A stretch of DNA of 64,000 bases from Carcharhinus longimanus (GCA_030264375.1 JASCQW010000160.1:16564934-16628933), one strand, 5' to 3'; positions 12,763 through 26,949 are shown, numbered from the stretch's first letter. Numbers and translations: made by a program. The notes: generated by a model from the sequence alone, not told the origin.

Positions 12763-15046
12763 CCATCTTATAAAGAAACTTCGGCGAAGGGCTAAAGCGA
12801 ATGATGGAAGGCAGTAACAAGTTTAAGAATACTAGAGCCATGTTCTATACATAGGTGAGGTCAGTATCAGTTGAGATACAAAATTGAATACTAAAGCTGC
12901 AAAATCACAAAGAAAACTATCTTCTAATGTTTGTATTTTGTAAGTAGAAAAGTTCTGCACGTACAAAATGGTTCAATTTAGCATTGAAAATACTGCNNNN
13001 NNNNNNTTTGGTGCTTTTGCACTAAAATGTCACATTTGGAAGTTAAATTAGATTGATTGTTTTTCATCACTACTGTATAGATTTCCCCTCTGATGTTTTG
13101 TAATCTAATCTGCTCGTACTTCCAGATGCAAGCGCTATGTGCAATCTGAGTACGCACCAGTTACAACACAACTGTGAATCAGTTAGTTATAGCCTCTCAT
13201 AAATCAGACTGACCAACACATATCACCCAAAGACTTATGAATGAAATTCAAACTGCTCTGCACGACAAACAAGTGGCCAAAGCTAAATCTCTTAGACAGT
13301 GCCGGTCAAAAATGTACTGATTTAGATTATACAGACAAGTGTACAGATATGCAACATGTATCCATCTAATCCTCATAATGCTTGGGACTTAGAGATATGG
13401 AAATATGTAGTAAAAGTACGTTTATTGGTGATGTGCAAGTCATTGGAGTGTGTAAGANNNNNNNNNNNNNNNNNNNNNNNNNNNNNNNNNNNNNNNNNNN
13501 NNNNNNNNNNNNNNNNNNNNNNNNNNNNNNNNNNNNNNNNNNNNNNNNNNNNNNNNNAAGAGCATTCAGTCCAGAAGTAAGATCATGTCTAACTGCATTA
13601 AAATAGCCTTATTAATAATACCACTTTCGCAATTCTAAACTTCCAACATTGCTGTATTTTTGGACACAATGCAAGAAGTTTCAAAAGACCTTTCTCTGAC
13701 CTAGTCTATTGCAGACATCTTGTACTGAAATGCTACTGTTCCACACAGTGTTGCTGTGTATATATCATTCAAACCAGTCTGTTTTTCAACTCACAAGCAG
13801 ACCCATTCAATTCATTCCTGGCACAATTTTCTAATTTACATTTATTTTGTATAGAAAACTGAATAATTTCCCAATTCAATTGTATTTCTTTCATACAGAC
13901 ACTGAAGGATTTTCCTTTTTAATAAGTAATTCATTTTTAAAAAATTATATTTATGGTTTGAATAATTTCAAACAAATTTAAATGAAACATGTCTTGTAAA
14001 AAAATGACAGGATCAGCACTGGCTCTAACTGTTTATCCTAGAAACAACTACAGCAAGAAAACAATATTCTTAAGTCTGTTCCCAAGCTGTGAAAAATAAT
14101 AAAACACACATCAAACCAGAAAGCCTGCAGTTGAAGGAGTACATGAACAGTTTTCTGGACCATTATCCATAACAATCTTGAGTTGGGTTTACAATGGCTT
14201 GTTATGCGAAGTACTCTCAGTGCCAAAAAAATTGTGGTAGCCCTTGTACTAAATGCAATGAAGTCATGTGTTCAAACTATCCAGTGAACTAAATGTGTCA
14301 GCATCTTAACTGGGGCACAGGGAAAGCTGAATATCTTTAAGCCCATAAATCTGGATTAGTATAATGTGTTAACCCTTGAAGTACAGACAAAAATGCTTCA
14401 ATTTTTCTTTATTATTGTTTAATAATGGCTGCCAGCTCTAGTCTAGAATTGTCAGATATGATTCATTCTCTAGCTTCTCAATGCAGGGAAACCTCTGTTA
14501 GTTCCTTTTATATTTAACTTTTTGACTGCTTTTTCTTAGGAACCAGTACTACTGGTAATTTCCAATGTTAACTTCAAATTGAACATCCATACATCCCTTT
14601 ACCACATGCCAGAGTAAGAATGTTGGTCCATTGGACATGCAGCACAAGTTATTGTATGTAACCTGACCCATTTGAGAATGGTGACTGAAGTCAAAGCAAA
14701 ACCTGTTGTACTTTTGTTGTGAGACAAGGGTACCCACACCATGGGTCACGATTCCCAGGGAGAGGAGTTGTGAGTCCCAAGGCAGATACAGCAACTGTGG
14801 ATTGCAGCCTCTGATGGGAATGTAATTGGAATAGCACATCCTAAGAAAGTTTTCTCTGAGGTCCACCATTCTGTAAAACGATTTCAGCTTTCTAGCTGCT
14901 GCTTCCTCCCCTCAACCCAAGCTCTGCCAGTTCTTCACATTCCCCCTGCTCTGGCAGCTCTCCATCCTACCTCTCCATCATTTTGACCCGGGGCGGGGGG
15001 GGGTCTCAACAATTTTGGAACATTAAAATGAAATTACAATAGGGAA

Positions 15047-15163
15047 ATATTTAGGAAGCACTGGTGTAAGGGTTAACTGGACTGTTCCTATTGTAGATTT
15101 ATCATTATAAACATGATGAACCTTGCAGTCCAGTTAACCCTTACACCAGTGCTTCCTAAATAT
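15047..15163. repeat. Perfect 38-bp inverted repeat, 41-bp spacer
   Basis: 15047-15084 is the exact reverse complement of 15126-15163. Confidence 0.97.
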
Positions 15164-15391
15164 AGAATCACCTTCAGTTGCAAAGTTCATCCTCAGCAGC
15201 AGCAGTAAAATTGCAACTTGCTCATACTGTACAGCAGGAACCTACATGCTTGATTAGGTATCTCCATTGCATAATTTGCATTGTTATCTTTCTGCACCAC
15301 CATGTATGGATGGATTAGCCAGGAAAAGTATAATTTATTTTTTCTTATTCTTAACAAAAGCTAACATCCTCGTGGTATTTCCAATATATTT

Positions 15392-15750
15392 TTTATTCAT
15401 TCTGAGCCAGCATTTATTGCCCATCATTAACTGACCTTGAACTAAATGGGCTTGTTAGGCCATTTCAGATGACTAATGAGTCAACAACATAGCTGTGGGT
15501 CTGGACTCATGTAGGTCAGATCAGGCAAAGTTGGCAGACTTCCATTCTAAGGAACTTTAGCGAACCAGATTAGTTTTATGACAATCTACCATAGTTTCAT
15601 GACCATCATCAGACTTTTGATTTCATATTTTTTATTGAATTCAAATTTTAGCATCTGTAATGGAAGGATTTAATCCTGGGTTCCTAGTGCGTTACCCTGG
15701 ACCTCTGGATTAATATTCTAGTGACAATGTCACTGCTCTACCGTCTCCCT
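15392..15750 (-). mobile_element. Shark tRNA-derived SINE sharing its tail with the CR1/L2-clade LINE
   Basis: Tail ccagcatttattgcccatc matches the LINE end gatgggcaataaatgctgg at about 20765. Related copies lie near 39500, 48375, 54093, 62010-62455 and 62870. Confidence 0.8.
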
Positions 15751-15834
15751 TAATATCGGAAATTATTGTTGTACCAGATTTTCTGCTACTCTTGCACACA
15801 CACAGGAATAATCCCGGAAGTATTCAGCTGACCA

Positions 15835-15980
15835 AATAAACTATTGAATATTTTTAAGGCTGAAGTAGATAGATTCTTGACAAACAAGGGGATGAAAGAT
15901 CATAAAGGGTAGGTGGGAATGTGGAGTTGAGGTTACAGTCAATTCAACCATGACTTAAATGAATGGCAGAACAGGGTTTG
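15835..15980 (+). mobile_element. CR1 3' fragment
   Basis: tttaaggctgaagtagatagattcttg...aaccatgacttaaatgaatggcagaacagg. Confidence 0.7.
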
Positions 15981-18900
15981 CACAATTGTGTGTACATCTA
16001 AACTTCAATTCCTATTTCATCAGGTCTCTTCCATTGATGTCAACTTTTTTATTTGTGCTGTTGCAAAGTTGAAAAGGGTCTCCGCTCTGCTTTCCAGCCC
16101 TCTCCTATCACATATCTTTGAGAATTATAAAGTAGCTTTTCCTTCATTGGATCCCAAATGTTCAGTTGAATGCCAGCTAACCTGACTGCAACAGAAGCTG
16201 GAATGCATAGGATTCCCCACACCTTTCAATTCCAACTGCCTGACAATAAAATAGTTGCATCAGGTTAACATTAAACCCATTTACAAATGTCTAAATGTTA
16301 GAATGGATTGATATACCCTTATATACCCATTTGGTTGTTTTGGTGCTTATGACAGATCACAAAAATATTTTCAAATGTTGGTGAAATTAAGCTGACACCT
16401 GAATCAAATTGCACAGTATATCAATACTTTCTGTTAATTACCACATGCCATTTAGAACAAATGTGGCGGCAGTATATTCACGGTGCGTATTTGTTAAACC
16501 AGTTCTTGGAATAACCAAGGCTGATATCTCAGATTTAGAAATACCATAATTGGTCTGCATGCCCTGCACTAGATTAGATACTTTAATTCTCAGTAAATAA
16601 CAACATCACTGTGGATTCCACTTGCCCATTTATATAAAGATACAGTAAAACAACAAAGAAGGCACATTACCTTCCAGGTCAAAATCCCTTATATAGATTC
16701 AGAATTTTGGATTTATGGCATTCTGATAGACTTTAATCCAATGTTTGGATCAGTTCCACAAAAACATCTCATTCTTGCAACGGCAAAGTTAAATGATTCA
16801 TATGAAGAGAATAGTGTCAACTTTAGAATGGACATTCTGTATTGGAAAGACATTTAGGAACACTGGTACTGTGAAATGCTGTCATACATCCCATATTGCC
16901 TGTAAGTTTAATGGAAATAGTTTGGAAACAAATCCAGTAACAAATGCATCATTTATTAGACTGGACGTGAGTGCTTCTTCTGAAGTAATCCGGTGCCAGG
17001 CATTACTGCATAACTTCTTCCGGGAAGAATGTGGGACAGCTGACAGGCATGCTTTCCAGTTCAATGCAGATCAATTGGTTGCAATTCTAGCTTGAAATAA
17101 AAGTGATGATGGAAACCAAATATCTGAGAGATGGCTGCATTTGTTCATTTCTGTTTTAGCTTTGTGGTAGCAGTTGCTCACAGACTGCACAATTTCAAAC
17201 ATACCTCAAAATATTAAGTAGCTTTGCTTTTGTTCCCACAACTTGAAGTCAATTTAAGATTTACCAATATGAAGTCAGTCAACCTGCAGCATGGTGAATT
17301 TTTTATCAACTTCATAAAGAATTCATTAAAAAGTTTCTTTTAAATCAGCTTTTGCAATGTTTCTTCACCTCTGGGATAAGGATTTTAATGCAGCATGGAC
17401 TAATGGGATGAAACCCTTCTCTTTACATCTATTGTTAGGACTCTTTTGTCAATTGAAGCAGACTCAAGTCAGTTCTGGAAGGGGCACAAAGGCAGAATAA
17501 ACACTATCCACAATTTTACAATCTGACTTAGAGAAATCAAAAGGACTATTGTGGTCAAAAATAGTTGATGAGTTCAAGAAACAATACATAGATAGACCAC
17601 CAGAAGGTGTTTTGCACTGCTACATCTGATTTTGGAAAGATCAAGTGCTAATAACAGAAAAGGTCCATTTTCTGATAGCTAACTCACTGACTGATACCAC
17701 AAAAACTATCAAAATATATATCAGTGAATAGAAAGACACCTTGCAGGCTAGTTCAGCAACACATTCTTCTATTCATCAAAGGCTCAAAACCCTGACAGTA
17801 GTTTAACGGTTTTGCATTTCATATTACAGGTCCTGTTTATCGCTATACATGGCCTGCTAGCATAAAAACATCAAGCTATTTGGTGATGTGGTACTTACTT
17901 TTTCATTGTAGATATGGCCGAATAGCACTGATCAACACAGCAGAACTCGTAATCTCCTTTAAACTAATGGCATTCTAATGTTCTCCATTTGTATAGAAGA
18001 GGGGAAAGCTTCAAAGCCAAGAGAGAGTTTGAAATGGAGTCAGTTAAGGTTCTTCTAATTTTACCGAACTGCAATTATTACTTTTGTAATCCTTAAAAAG
18101 TTATTACCCCAATTTATCTTTCATACACCACTCCTCAATAGGAAAGCAATATAGCAATGTATTTCCATTTCTCGCCAATGCTTCTTTGCAAGAGTTCTAA
18201 AAGTCAACCAGGTCATTTTTCTAATGCTTTGCCTCTCTTCCAGGAAGTGTGTTGTTATCAACCCTCAGTATTTCTGTGAATTACTGACCTGAGTTTGAAG
18301 CATCATCATGTGAGAAATCCCATGTGATTTTTTTGATTCTGTATTACAGTGCATTAATGTAGCTTTGTCCCCTCACCCTGCAGCCCCCCCATCCATCTTC
18401 AATTCCAATTGATCTCTATATTCCAGTTTTGTCTATAACTATTAAATACAAGACTAAGTGTTGAGACAAACAGTACCTGAAGCTACTCAAAACTTGCATT
18501 ACAAATTAATGTTCAATTTTCCCAATGAACACAGGACTATTGCATACTATTACACTTAGTAGTGGCCTGATAGGTCAACATTAGGCTGATATGGCCTTCC
18601 TCATTCTTTGAAGCTACTTCAACCAATATATACAATGGGAACAAGAAGATTTTTTTCCAACACTGTCAATAAAAGTACTGGCTGTCCGGAGCTACAAACC
18701 AATGACAATAATATTTTGGTGAAATTATGTGAGTTGCTGCAGTTAGCTGCTCAGTGTAATGGCAACTTCTCTAAAGGTTGGCCCATGAATTGAGTACAAC
18801 ACAAATAGACCGCGCTCCAACTTCTCCTGCCAGCACCTGCCCTTGAAGAAATCAAGGTAAAAAGGAAAGATTGTCCTAATCACTTCTCTTTTTAGTGGTG

Positions 18901-19879
18901 CATTTATCTTAGGTTTATTCTCATAAATTGTAGCTATCCACTTTGGCAAACACACTAGGTTCCACCTAAGTGAAAAGTTGAAATTGCGTGAAGTTTCTTG
19001 TACATAGTGCTGAAATTAATCAGGGTTTAAAGATCTGGGGAAGAGGTTATTTCAAGCTTCAAAAGTTTTGAATTTATAAGCTTTATGCAATCCCAAGAAA
19101 GGTGCTGAATTGTATATAGTCTGTAACTCACATCAACACTAGTCCACTAAAATTATTGTAAAACTATTTCCAATTCTACTTACAGAAACAACTTTATAAA
19201 CTGTCACCAATTGTGGTATTAACAATGAAAATATATGCAATAACTATGAATCAGGGCACAAGGAAGAGCAGAGCTAGCATGTGGAGACCTGATCAACTGT
19301 AGAGAAAAAAAACAGCACAAGCAGAGATCCTTGAAAGAATAAAGGACAAAGAAGAAGAAGAACAAATTCAATTGGACTTAGTAATAGTTAGATAGCTAAC
19401 AACTGTTAATTAATGATTTCAGAAATGAAGGATAAACAAATTATTTTACCGATACCAACTTTAAGAATGTCAGATTCCTTTGGCGGTAACTAATTTCTTA
19501 AAAGGATAGAAATCATACACTTCCCTTTAAATCCATCAAAATATTTAGGTATTCTTTATATAACAATGTCAAATGTCTGGTAAATTTCTTAGTTCTAACA
19601 CTGATGTGAAGATATTGGCTACAATATAATTCTACACATAACTCATCAGCAAATCAATCCAGCAAATCTGTAGTCTTCTGCAGTGTATTATCATGTAGGC
19701 TACAACAGCAGCAAAACAAGTACTTCCATCGAAACCCCTATACTCAGGACTATTATTTTCACAGGGTCTGAATAAAATTTCATCAAAGGGAACGGTATGT
19801 ATAAAAGACACTTGTTGCTCTGATTGGTTAAACTGGTGCCATGATTATATTTTAAATATATTAAAGTCATCTCAGCTCC

Positions 19880-20815
19880 AGGACATTGCTGCAAGAGTCA
19901 CTCAGGGTAGTGTCCTAGGCCCAACAATCTTCAGCTGCTTCATCAATGACCTTCCCTACATCATAAGGTCACAANNNNNNNNNNNNNNNNNNNNNNNNNN
20001 NNNNNNNNNNNNNNNNNNNNNNNNNNNNNNNNNNNNNNNNNNNNNNNNNNNNNNNNNNNNNNNNNNNNNNNNNNNNNNNNNNNNNNNNNNNNNNNNNNNN
20101 NCTCGCCCCACACAAAAGCCAGGCAATGGTCATCACCAATAAGAGACACTCTTATCACTGATTCCTGACACTCAATGGTGTTACCATCCTGAATCCCAAA
20201 CTGTCAACATCCTTGGGGTTAACACTGAATAGAAACTCAGTTGGGCTCACCACATAAACACAGTGCTACAACAGCAGTTCAAAGGCTAAGAATACTGCAG
20301 CGGGTAACTCACCTCCTGACTCCCCGGAACCTATCCATCATCTACAAGGCACAAGTCAGAAGTGTGATGGAATGCTCCCCACTTGCCTGGATGGGTCAAC
20401 CTACTTGATTGGCACCATATCTACAAACATTCAATCCCTCCACGACTGACGCTCAATAGCAGCAGTAATGTCTACAAGATGCACTGCAGCAATTCACCAA
20501 AGATCCTTAGACAGCACCTTCCAAATCCATGACCACTTCCATCTGAAAGGACAAGGGCAGCAGAGAAATGGGAACACCAGCACCTGCAAGTTCTTTTCCA
20601 AGCCGCTCACCATCCTGACTTGGAAATATATCGCCATTCCTTCACAGTCGCTGGGTCAAAATCCTGGAATTCCCTCCCTACTGGCATTGTGGGTCAACCC
20701 ACAGAACATGGACAGCAGTGATTCAAGAAGGCAGCTCACCACCACCACCTCAAGGGCAACTAAGGATGGGCAATAAATGCTGGCCAGCCATGAATGAATG
20801 TCCCACGAATAAATA
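19880..20815 (+). mobile_element. CR1/L2-clade LINE, 5'-truncated, spans N-gap
   Basis: RT motif (V)TQGSVLGPTIFSCFINDLP at about 19900-19955; 3' end gggcaataaatgctggcc...gaataaataaa. Confidence 0.9.
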
Positions 20816-22192
20816 AAGAATATATAAAACAAACAAAGTTATTTTAGCCAAAAGATGAAAATGGGCATGTCTGTTTGAAAGATTTAGTGCACACTTTTGG
20901 TCCTAATTGATTACCATAATTTAAACTTACCTGGAGATTTATACCAGAAATCTGTAAGCTCAGCGCTCAGTTGCTGGTTAAATGCAATTTACATGCAGTG
21001 GCACATTTGGTGGGCTCCCTCAATATCCAGGATGACTCAGGGAATGACAGAGAGGCCATTGCGGGTTCTTGGATGCAGTACTGGAGGTCTTAATTAAAGA
21101 GATCCAGTGAATGAGGTGGGTAAGGAAAGTAAACATATCCTTGTGTTCGTCTCTTCTGCAACAGCTTGTACTGCGCCTTGTCTAGACAAAGTCAAATGCC
21201 AAGTAAGATGCTTATGAAACATTCCCTTTCTCCTGGTGACTCCTAAAATGGAGCAGCACAGCACATACTCTTCTCAGATGAAGGCTGCAACAGCTTCTCG
21301 AATAAATGTTGTTCATGTATTGGTTGAATCTTGACAACATTGTCTCGAATGTTTCCCAGTGCTTTAAGAGGTATTTTTCACAGCTGCTGTAGTAATGACC
21401 ATGAAATGGCGAGTATCCATTTAAATTGTGAGTTTCCCTTTTACACTTGAAATTGACATCAAAACTATTTTTACTCCTAAACAGCTGGTCACTGTTAATT
21501 AAAGCTCTAGTCACAAAATACTATCCAGCCACTTTGATGAGCACTAGCAGGCATTTTACTATTTAACCAAGTGTTCATTTCTAGCATTGACCTCAACCCT
21601 TTTACCAAGGCGATGTCTTGCATTAAAGGTGTGCTACACCAGCATTACCGTTTCCAACCTCACCTCGGCTACCTCATTGGCTATTTGGCACCTAATGTAT
21701 CTGGTGAAAATCACCGACAGAGTTTAGTTAAGGCCTAAAATCAATACTTTTAAAATTCCTACCCATATGTATTTTAGGTGTTGCTTCCTTTGCTTATCTT
21801 TTTAGCTTGTCAGCTTTTAACCATTTTAGAGTGTCAAAAACTGCAATGTTCCCACACCTCACCGACGTAGCAAGTATCGTGTTTGTGCAGATTGAATCTA
21901 GCATAACGGCCTGACCTGGTAATAGAAACTGAACTTGGTAAGATATCTCAAGCAGGCAGTATGACTCTGCTTTACTATCTTCACATTTAATGTTGGTGCA
22001 AAGCAGTTCCAGTTAAAAGTATGGCTAAGTTTGTGGAGTTAGATGGCACTTTGCAGTCTCCAACACATGGGCAGCTGAAAGCCAAGAGTTTTTGTTTTGG
22101 TAACATGGATATATTGTTGCTGTAATTTATGTTAGTATGCATGGCTGCTGACTGGTTTACTGTTCAGCAGATGCTGGTCTAATTCATTTCTA

Positions 22193-22787
22193 TATAATGT
22201 TCTAGCCAGTCACATGTGGACACACATGGACACCTTTAGGTACCTTCCCAGCTACAGTCCAGTACCAACGCACTTCCACTTGGCAGTACAAATTGTTCTT
22301 CTTGTTTTCCATAATAATCTGACTCAAAAATAGTCTCCCCACATACAGAGCATTAAGAGCTGGCCCTTTGAAAGGAACAGAAAAAGTGCATAATGTTAAC
22401 ACTCTGCCAAGTGGAAAGCACTAATGCTGCAGAAACCTGAAATGAGATCAAGTTACTTTTCATTATTCGAATGTTATTTAATTTAGAGTAAATGTTGACA
22501 CCATCACCAAACCATTTGACATGAAAACATGACATCCATGGTTGTTCAAGTGTTATAGTGCTTTCCTAAAGTGCTACATATATTGCTGATTTTTATACTG
22601 AGCCATGTAGAGAATTTCAGTGTAGCACTGTCAATCTACAGCTTGACTGCATCAACTTACACTTCATTAGTTATAGCAGTGCTGTAATTAAACTCAACCT
22701 TTACTTTCTTCTTTTATTCTTATGAATTACTAGGCAGAAATTTGGAAGGTACTGAAAGGCTTCCATGTGACTGGCTAGAACGTTCTG
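22193..22787. mobile_element. MITE with ~40-bp TIRs, probably Tc1/mariner type
   Basis: Perfect 18-bp IR core (22199-22216 / 22764-22781) extending imperfectly inward. The right end reads ctg|TA and TA is present at 22191-22192. Confidence 0.65.
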
Positions 22788-23474
22788 TACTCTGGGGTTC
22801 CTCACCACCTTTCCCGAAGTTATTGGTATTTGACACTTCTGTCAGGTATGCAGTTAATATGTCAATGTATTAAAATGGAAGAGCCACAGATTTGGGTCCA
22901 TCAGTACTGCAGACTGCATTAAACCACACATGCTAGCAAAGTGTTGGGTAATTTTTGTCCTCCTACTTCATGGAAGTGCAACTACAAATCTTATTAATTA
23001 TACTGGTGGTGTCACTAAATGCAGCCTATATAATTACTATTGCATTTGGATACCTTGTCACATCGTTACTGATAGTTTCCATATTGTACAATGCTCATTT
23101 TGAAAAATATGTGAAGTAATTTTGTAATCATTTTCCAAACAAAAAAACAGGCCCTTTTGCTGACATGAGAAATAGGAGTCGCAGCATAGAAGCAAAGGAC
23201 CATCAAGAGGAGGAAGGGGGAATTTAGGAAAATTTTTAATTCTGCAACATGTCAGTTATAGGCTTCTCCATACAAAAATAAATCTTAAATACTGGGTCAG
23301 TAACTGTGCTAACACCAAAACCATTGCTGTTTCTGCAGTTTCATTTTGCAACTGGCACATGCAAGCTGTAGTGCAATACTCGATGAAACAGCTTAAAGAA
23401 ATATTCATAGATTGCAGTATTGAAAAAAAATAGACATAATGTACATTGTTAAAATCTAATCATGTACCTAACAA

Positions 23475-23800
23475 AGGAGGTCTTATAGTGCAATGGGTAA
23501 CATCTCTGCCTCTGAGCCAGAAGCTCTGGATTAGAGTGCCATCTAGAACTTGATGGCCAAGGAAGGTGTGTGTATAATGTGACTACCCCGTTGAGTATCA
23601 ACCTGCAAAGTCTTTCCAACACATGCAAATGGCAGACAGTAAGAGTGGGAGAGCATGCTGGTCAGCCATGCCTAATGCAGCGTGATGCCCCCTCAAGCTA
23701 CAAGTCCCTGTGACAGGCTACTGACTATTTCAAAAAAGATCTCACTATGGGGACAGAAGTTTGCCTAGTGCACCACTAGGTGTGGGAAATGAAACAACAT
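23475..23800 (+). mobile_element. Old tRNA-derived SINE
   Basis: tRNA-like head tagtgcaatgggtaacatctctgcctctgagccagaagctctgg; family not identified. Confidence 0.5.
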
Positions 23801-23944
23801 GTCTAACCAACCATAAAACAAAATAAACCCTTAAGCACCAATGTGCTAACAATAACTCAGCTATAACTAACGGCAGGGAGATAACAATTTAAATAGTTGT
23901 TGGAGGACGTTCACAAAGATATCCTTACTGCACTTAAACTCAAA

Positions 23945-25420
23945 TGCCACATTTATAGGTAATGTATGTAACATGCATGACTTCAAACACATTACTTGTC
24001 AACCTTCTACAGTAAGGCACACAGAGAATTTAGAGGAGTCATAGGCTGTGCTTGCAGAAGTTTTTTTTCATATTCTATGTCAATGGAGCTAATGTATCCC
24101 AAGTATCTATCAAAGACAATGTTTAAAATACATCTGCTTCAATCGTTCTGTCACATCAGCACAGAAATTCTGGAGCTGGTCTGGCTCCCAGTCCAAGCAA
24201 ACATTCCCATGCAATACTCAGAAAAATACATGGCTAATCCAATGTCTGTTATGTAAATGTGGCACTTCACTATGTCTGTTTTTATGTTCCTGTAACCATT
24301 AAAAACTGTAGAATTAATATGCATTAAAAAATGTATTAAAGGCTGTAGTTTTAAATACATGTTTAAAGCATGAATTCTTAATGCTGATTCATGAATACAG
24401 TAAAATTGAACCACAAACAATTTTAGAGTTTTTGGTTCTGGTTCTTGGGCAAACTTCTTAGTCTGGTAAAACTGGAAAACAGACTTTCCAATAAGGGAAG
24501 AGCAAAATACTCACCAACTATGCTAAGAAAGAAAGATAATGCTATCGCCGTAGGAACTTTTTCATTTCAACTTTCCAGCATTTTGCTGCAAATTCTCTGC
24601 TTGGTCTGATCCTTAGTGACTTATTATCCTCTAGGTCATCAGCTGATTTCCCTCCTTTTCCTTAAGGATTAATTTCTGTTACTGAAGTTTAAATAACTAA
24701 TCTAGACAACTATAAAGTTAACTTGTTATTTTTAAAACAAGACTACATACAAAGGGAAGCAACAGGTCATGTTAAAATTTTCTGCCTAATAATTCACAAG
24801 CCATTCCATGCTTGATGACTGCACATCAGAATTTTTACAGATCCTGTAACTGTCAGAACCAGGTTAATGTGAGTGTGTCCTTTAAGAGGAAGTTGAAACA
24901 AGTTGAAAGTATTCCTGGTGATTCCCTACCAGAATGTTATTCTGACTCTTACCATCTTGACTGACCCACATTCTTCATTTAATTACTGATCAGCATTCAA
25001 ATTTCCTTATGTTATAAAGCTGCATTGTGCTCCACTCCAAACGCAATAGCACAGTGCTAACCAAATGAAGATTAAAGCTTGCAGGAACAGTCAAGCTCCA
25101 ATTCTATTGCCTTTCTTCAGCATCAACACTCCTCACCTCCACCCAGCTATCCCATATCTGTTTCAAATACCCATCACCCATTTTCCTTAACAATGTAACC
25201 GACACTAACAAACTGTAACACTGGAATTGACATTAATAAACCATAACACTGTATTTACAAGCCATTGACATCAAGTACACTGTTTTACATCAATAGGGTG
25301 TTGCCAATAAAATACTTTGGGGAAAAGGTGCCACATTTATAGGTAATGTATGTAACATGCATGACTTCAAACACATTACTTGTCAACCTTCTACAGTAAG
25401 GCACACGGAGAATTTAGAGG
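23945..25420. repeat. 92-bp dispersed direct repeat (23945-24036 and 25329-25420)
   Basis: 91/92 identical; the single difference is 24023 A versus 25407 G. Confidence 0.97.
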
Positions 25421-25768
25421 CCAAGTTATCCTTGGGGGCATGCATATATAAATGAATCCTTATTTTGAAGTCATACATTGTGTCCTTATTTTCATATTTC
25501 CATTGTAAACTCCTATAGCAAAGGTAAGTTATATTGTAAGTTTCTAGAGATAAAAGACTTCACTTATATTGATTGATTGGAGTAAAAGGGACAGCTCACA
25601 TTAGAGGGGAGAAAGTTGAGAGATGTGAAAGCAATGTTTGAAATCGAGAGAGATCTAGACAGAGTAGATCGGGACAAAGTGTTGGGATACTAGTTCAGAA
25701 ACCCCAAGGTATATTATGAAGCCAGACTAGAACCCAACAATTTTCTGTTTTGGCATTAGGAGAATAAG

Positions 25769-26758
25769 GGGCAGAGTTCTCCCAAAAGAATTTAAGTGTT
25801 GAATTTGTGGGAAAACTGGAGTAATTCATGCTTTTTTTTCCCCATTGAGAGTTCAGACTAGAATCTCCCACAATCTGCGCTGCAGAGCCATCGGCGTGAA
25901 TATCATTAAATTTCAGGAGGCGGGGCGTATTCCCACTTGGGAGGCTGAAAACAGCAGGCCTCTGCTCATAAGAGGTGGCCCCGCACTGTCAGCCTCCGTT
26001 TGCTGGCCAGCTCGGAACTCCAGTGCTGGNNNNNNNNNNNNNNNNNNNNNNNNNNNNNNNNNNNNNNNNNNNNNNNNNNNNNNNNNNNNNNNNNNNNNNN
26101 NNNNNNNNNNNNNNNNNNNNNNNNNNNNNCATTCCTGCCCCCCCTGATCTCTGCCCCCATCCCTGCAGTGCTAATTCCCCCTCCCCTCCCCAGCCCACCC
26201 TGATCACTGGCTTCCTACTTGTCCCCACCAACCCCAACGCAGAGTAGCAATAAGATCCCTCACCCCTACCGATCACCCCCTAGGCTCCACCCCCCAAAAG
26301 GCCCCACACCCATATGCCCTGTCTCCTTGGCACTGTCCAATGCCTGGTGGACAGTGGGCATGAGCACTTTTCCCCTCGGACAGTGGAAGAGGGCAGAGGC
26401 TGGCATTACCAGGGAGCCCATGCCCAGGAGGACCCTCTGCTACCTGATTCCCTGAGCGGTCTCAATTGTCCGCCCTCCACTCTAGTGGGGTTAGGTCACT
26501 AGCTCCCCAAAAGTGTGGAGCGGCCCCATTGTAGTGAAACATTCTGGCAGGTGGGGGATGCTAGCAGGCCCACTAATTCAGAATTCAGTCTGACCTGCTA
26601 ATAGCATTTAAATAAAATGTAAAATATAATTTAAATGCTAACCCCGCCTCCTTGCCAATTTCCAGCATGGAGCAGACCGCGCTGGAAATCCAGTGCTAGG
26701 AGACGTTAGTGGGGTGGGGCGGGTAGAGTTAGCACAGTGGGATGGGAAAATCCTCCCC
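25769..26758. mobile_element. GC-rich Harbinger-like non-autonomous element
   Basis: 16-bp imperfect TIRs gggcagagttctccca / tgggaaaatcctcccc; collinear with 46914-47928. Confidence 0.7.
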
Positions 26759-26949
26759 TAGATCATTCAATCCAGGGACAAATTTACTGGTAAATTAAGA
26801 AGCTTTTATCAAAACAAACTTTATTTAAGAACAGTTTAACAATAACAAATGAATTAGGTTAACTTTTAACAATTGAACAATACATAAACATGACAAGATA
26901 CAATTCTTTACTGCTAACCTATGACAATGAATTCCAATTCAAGCAGCAA

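Noticed and set aside
16793-17095. 100-aa plus-strand ORF
   Set aside because: No recognisable domain; antisense to the host gene; length is compatible with chance.
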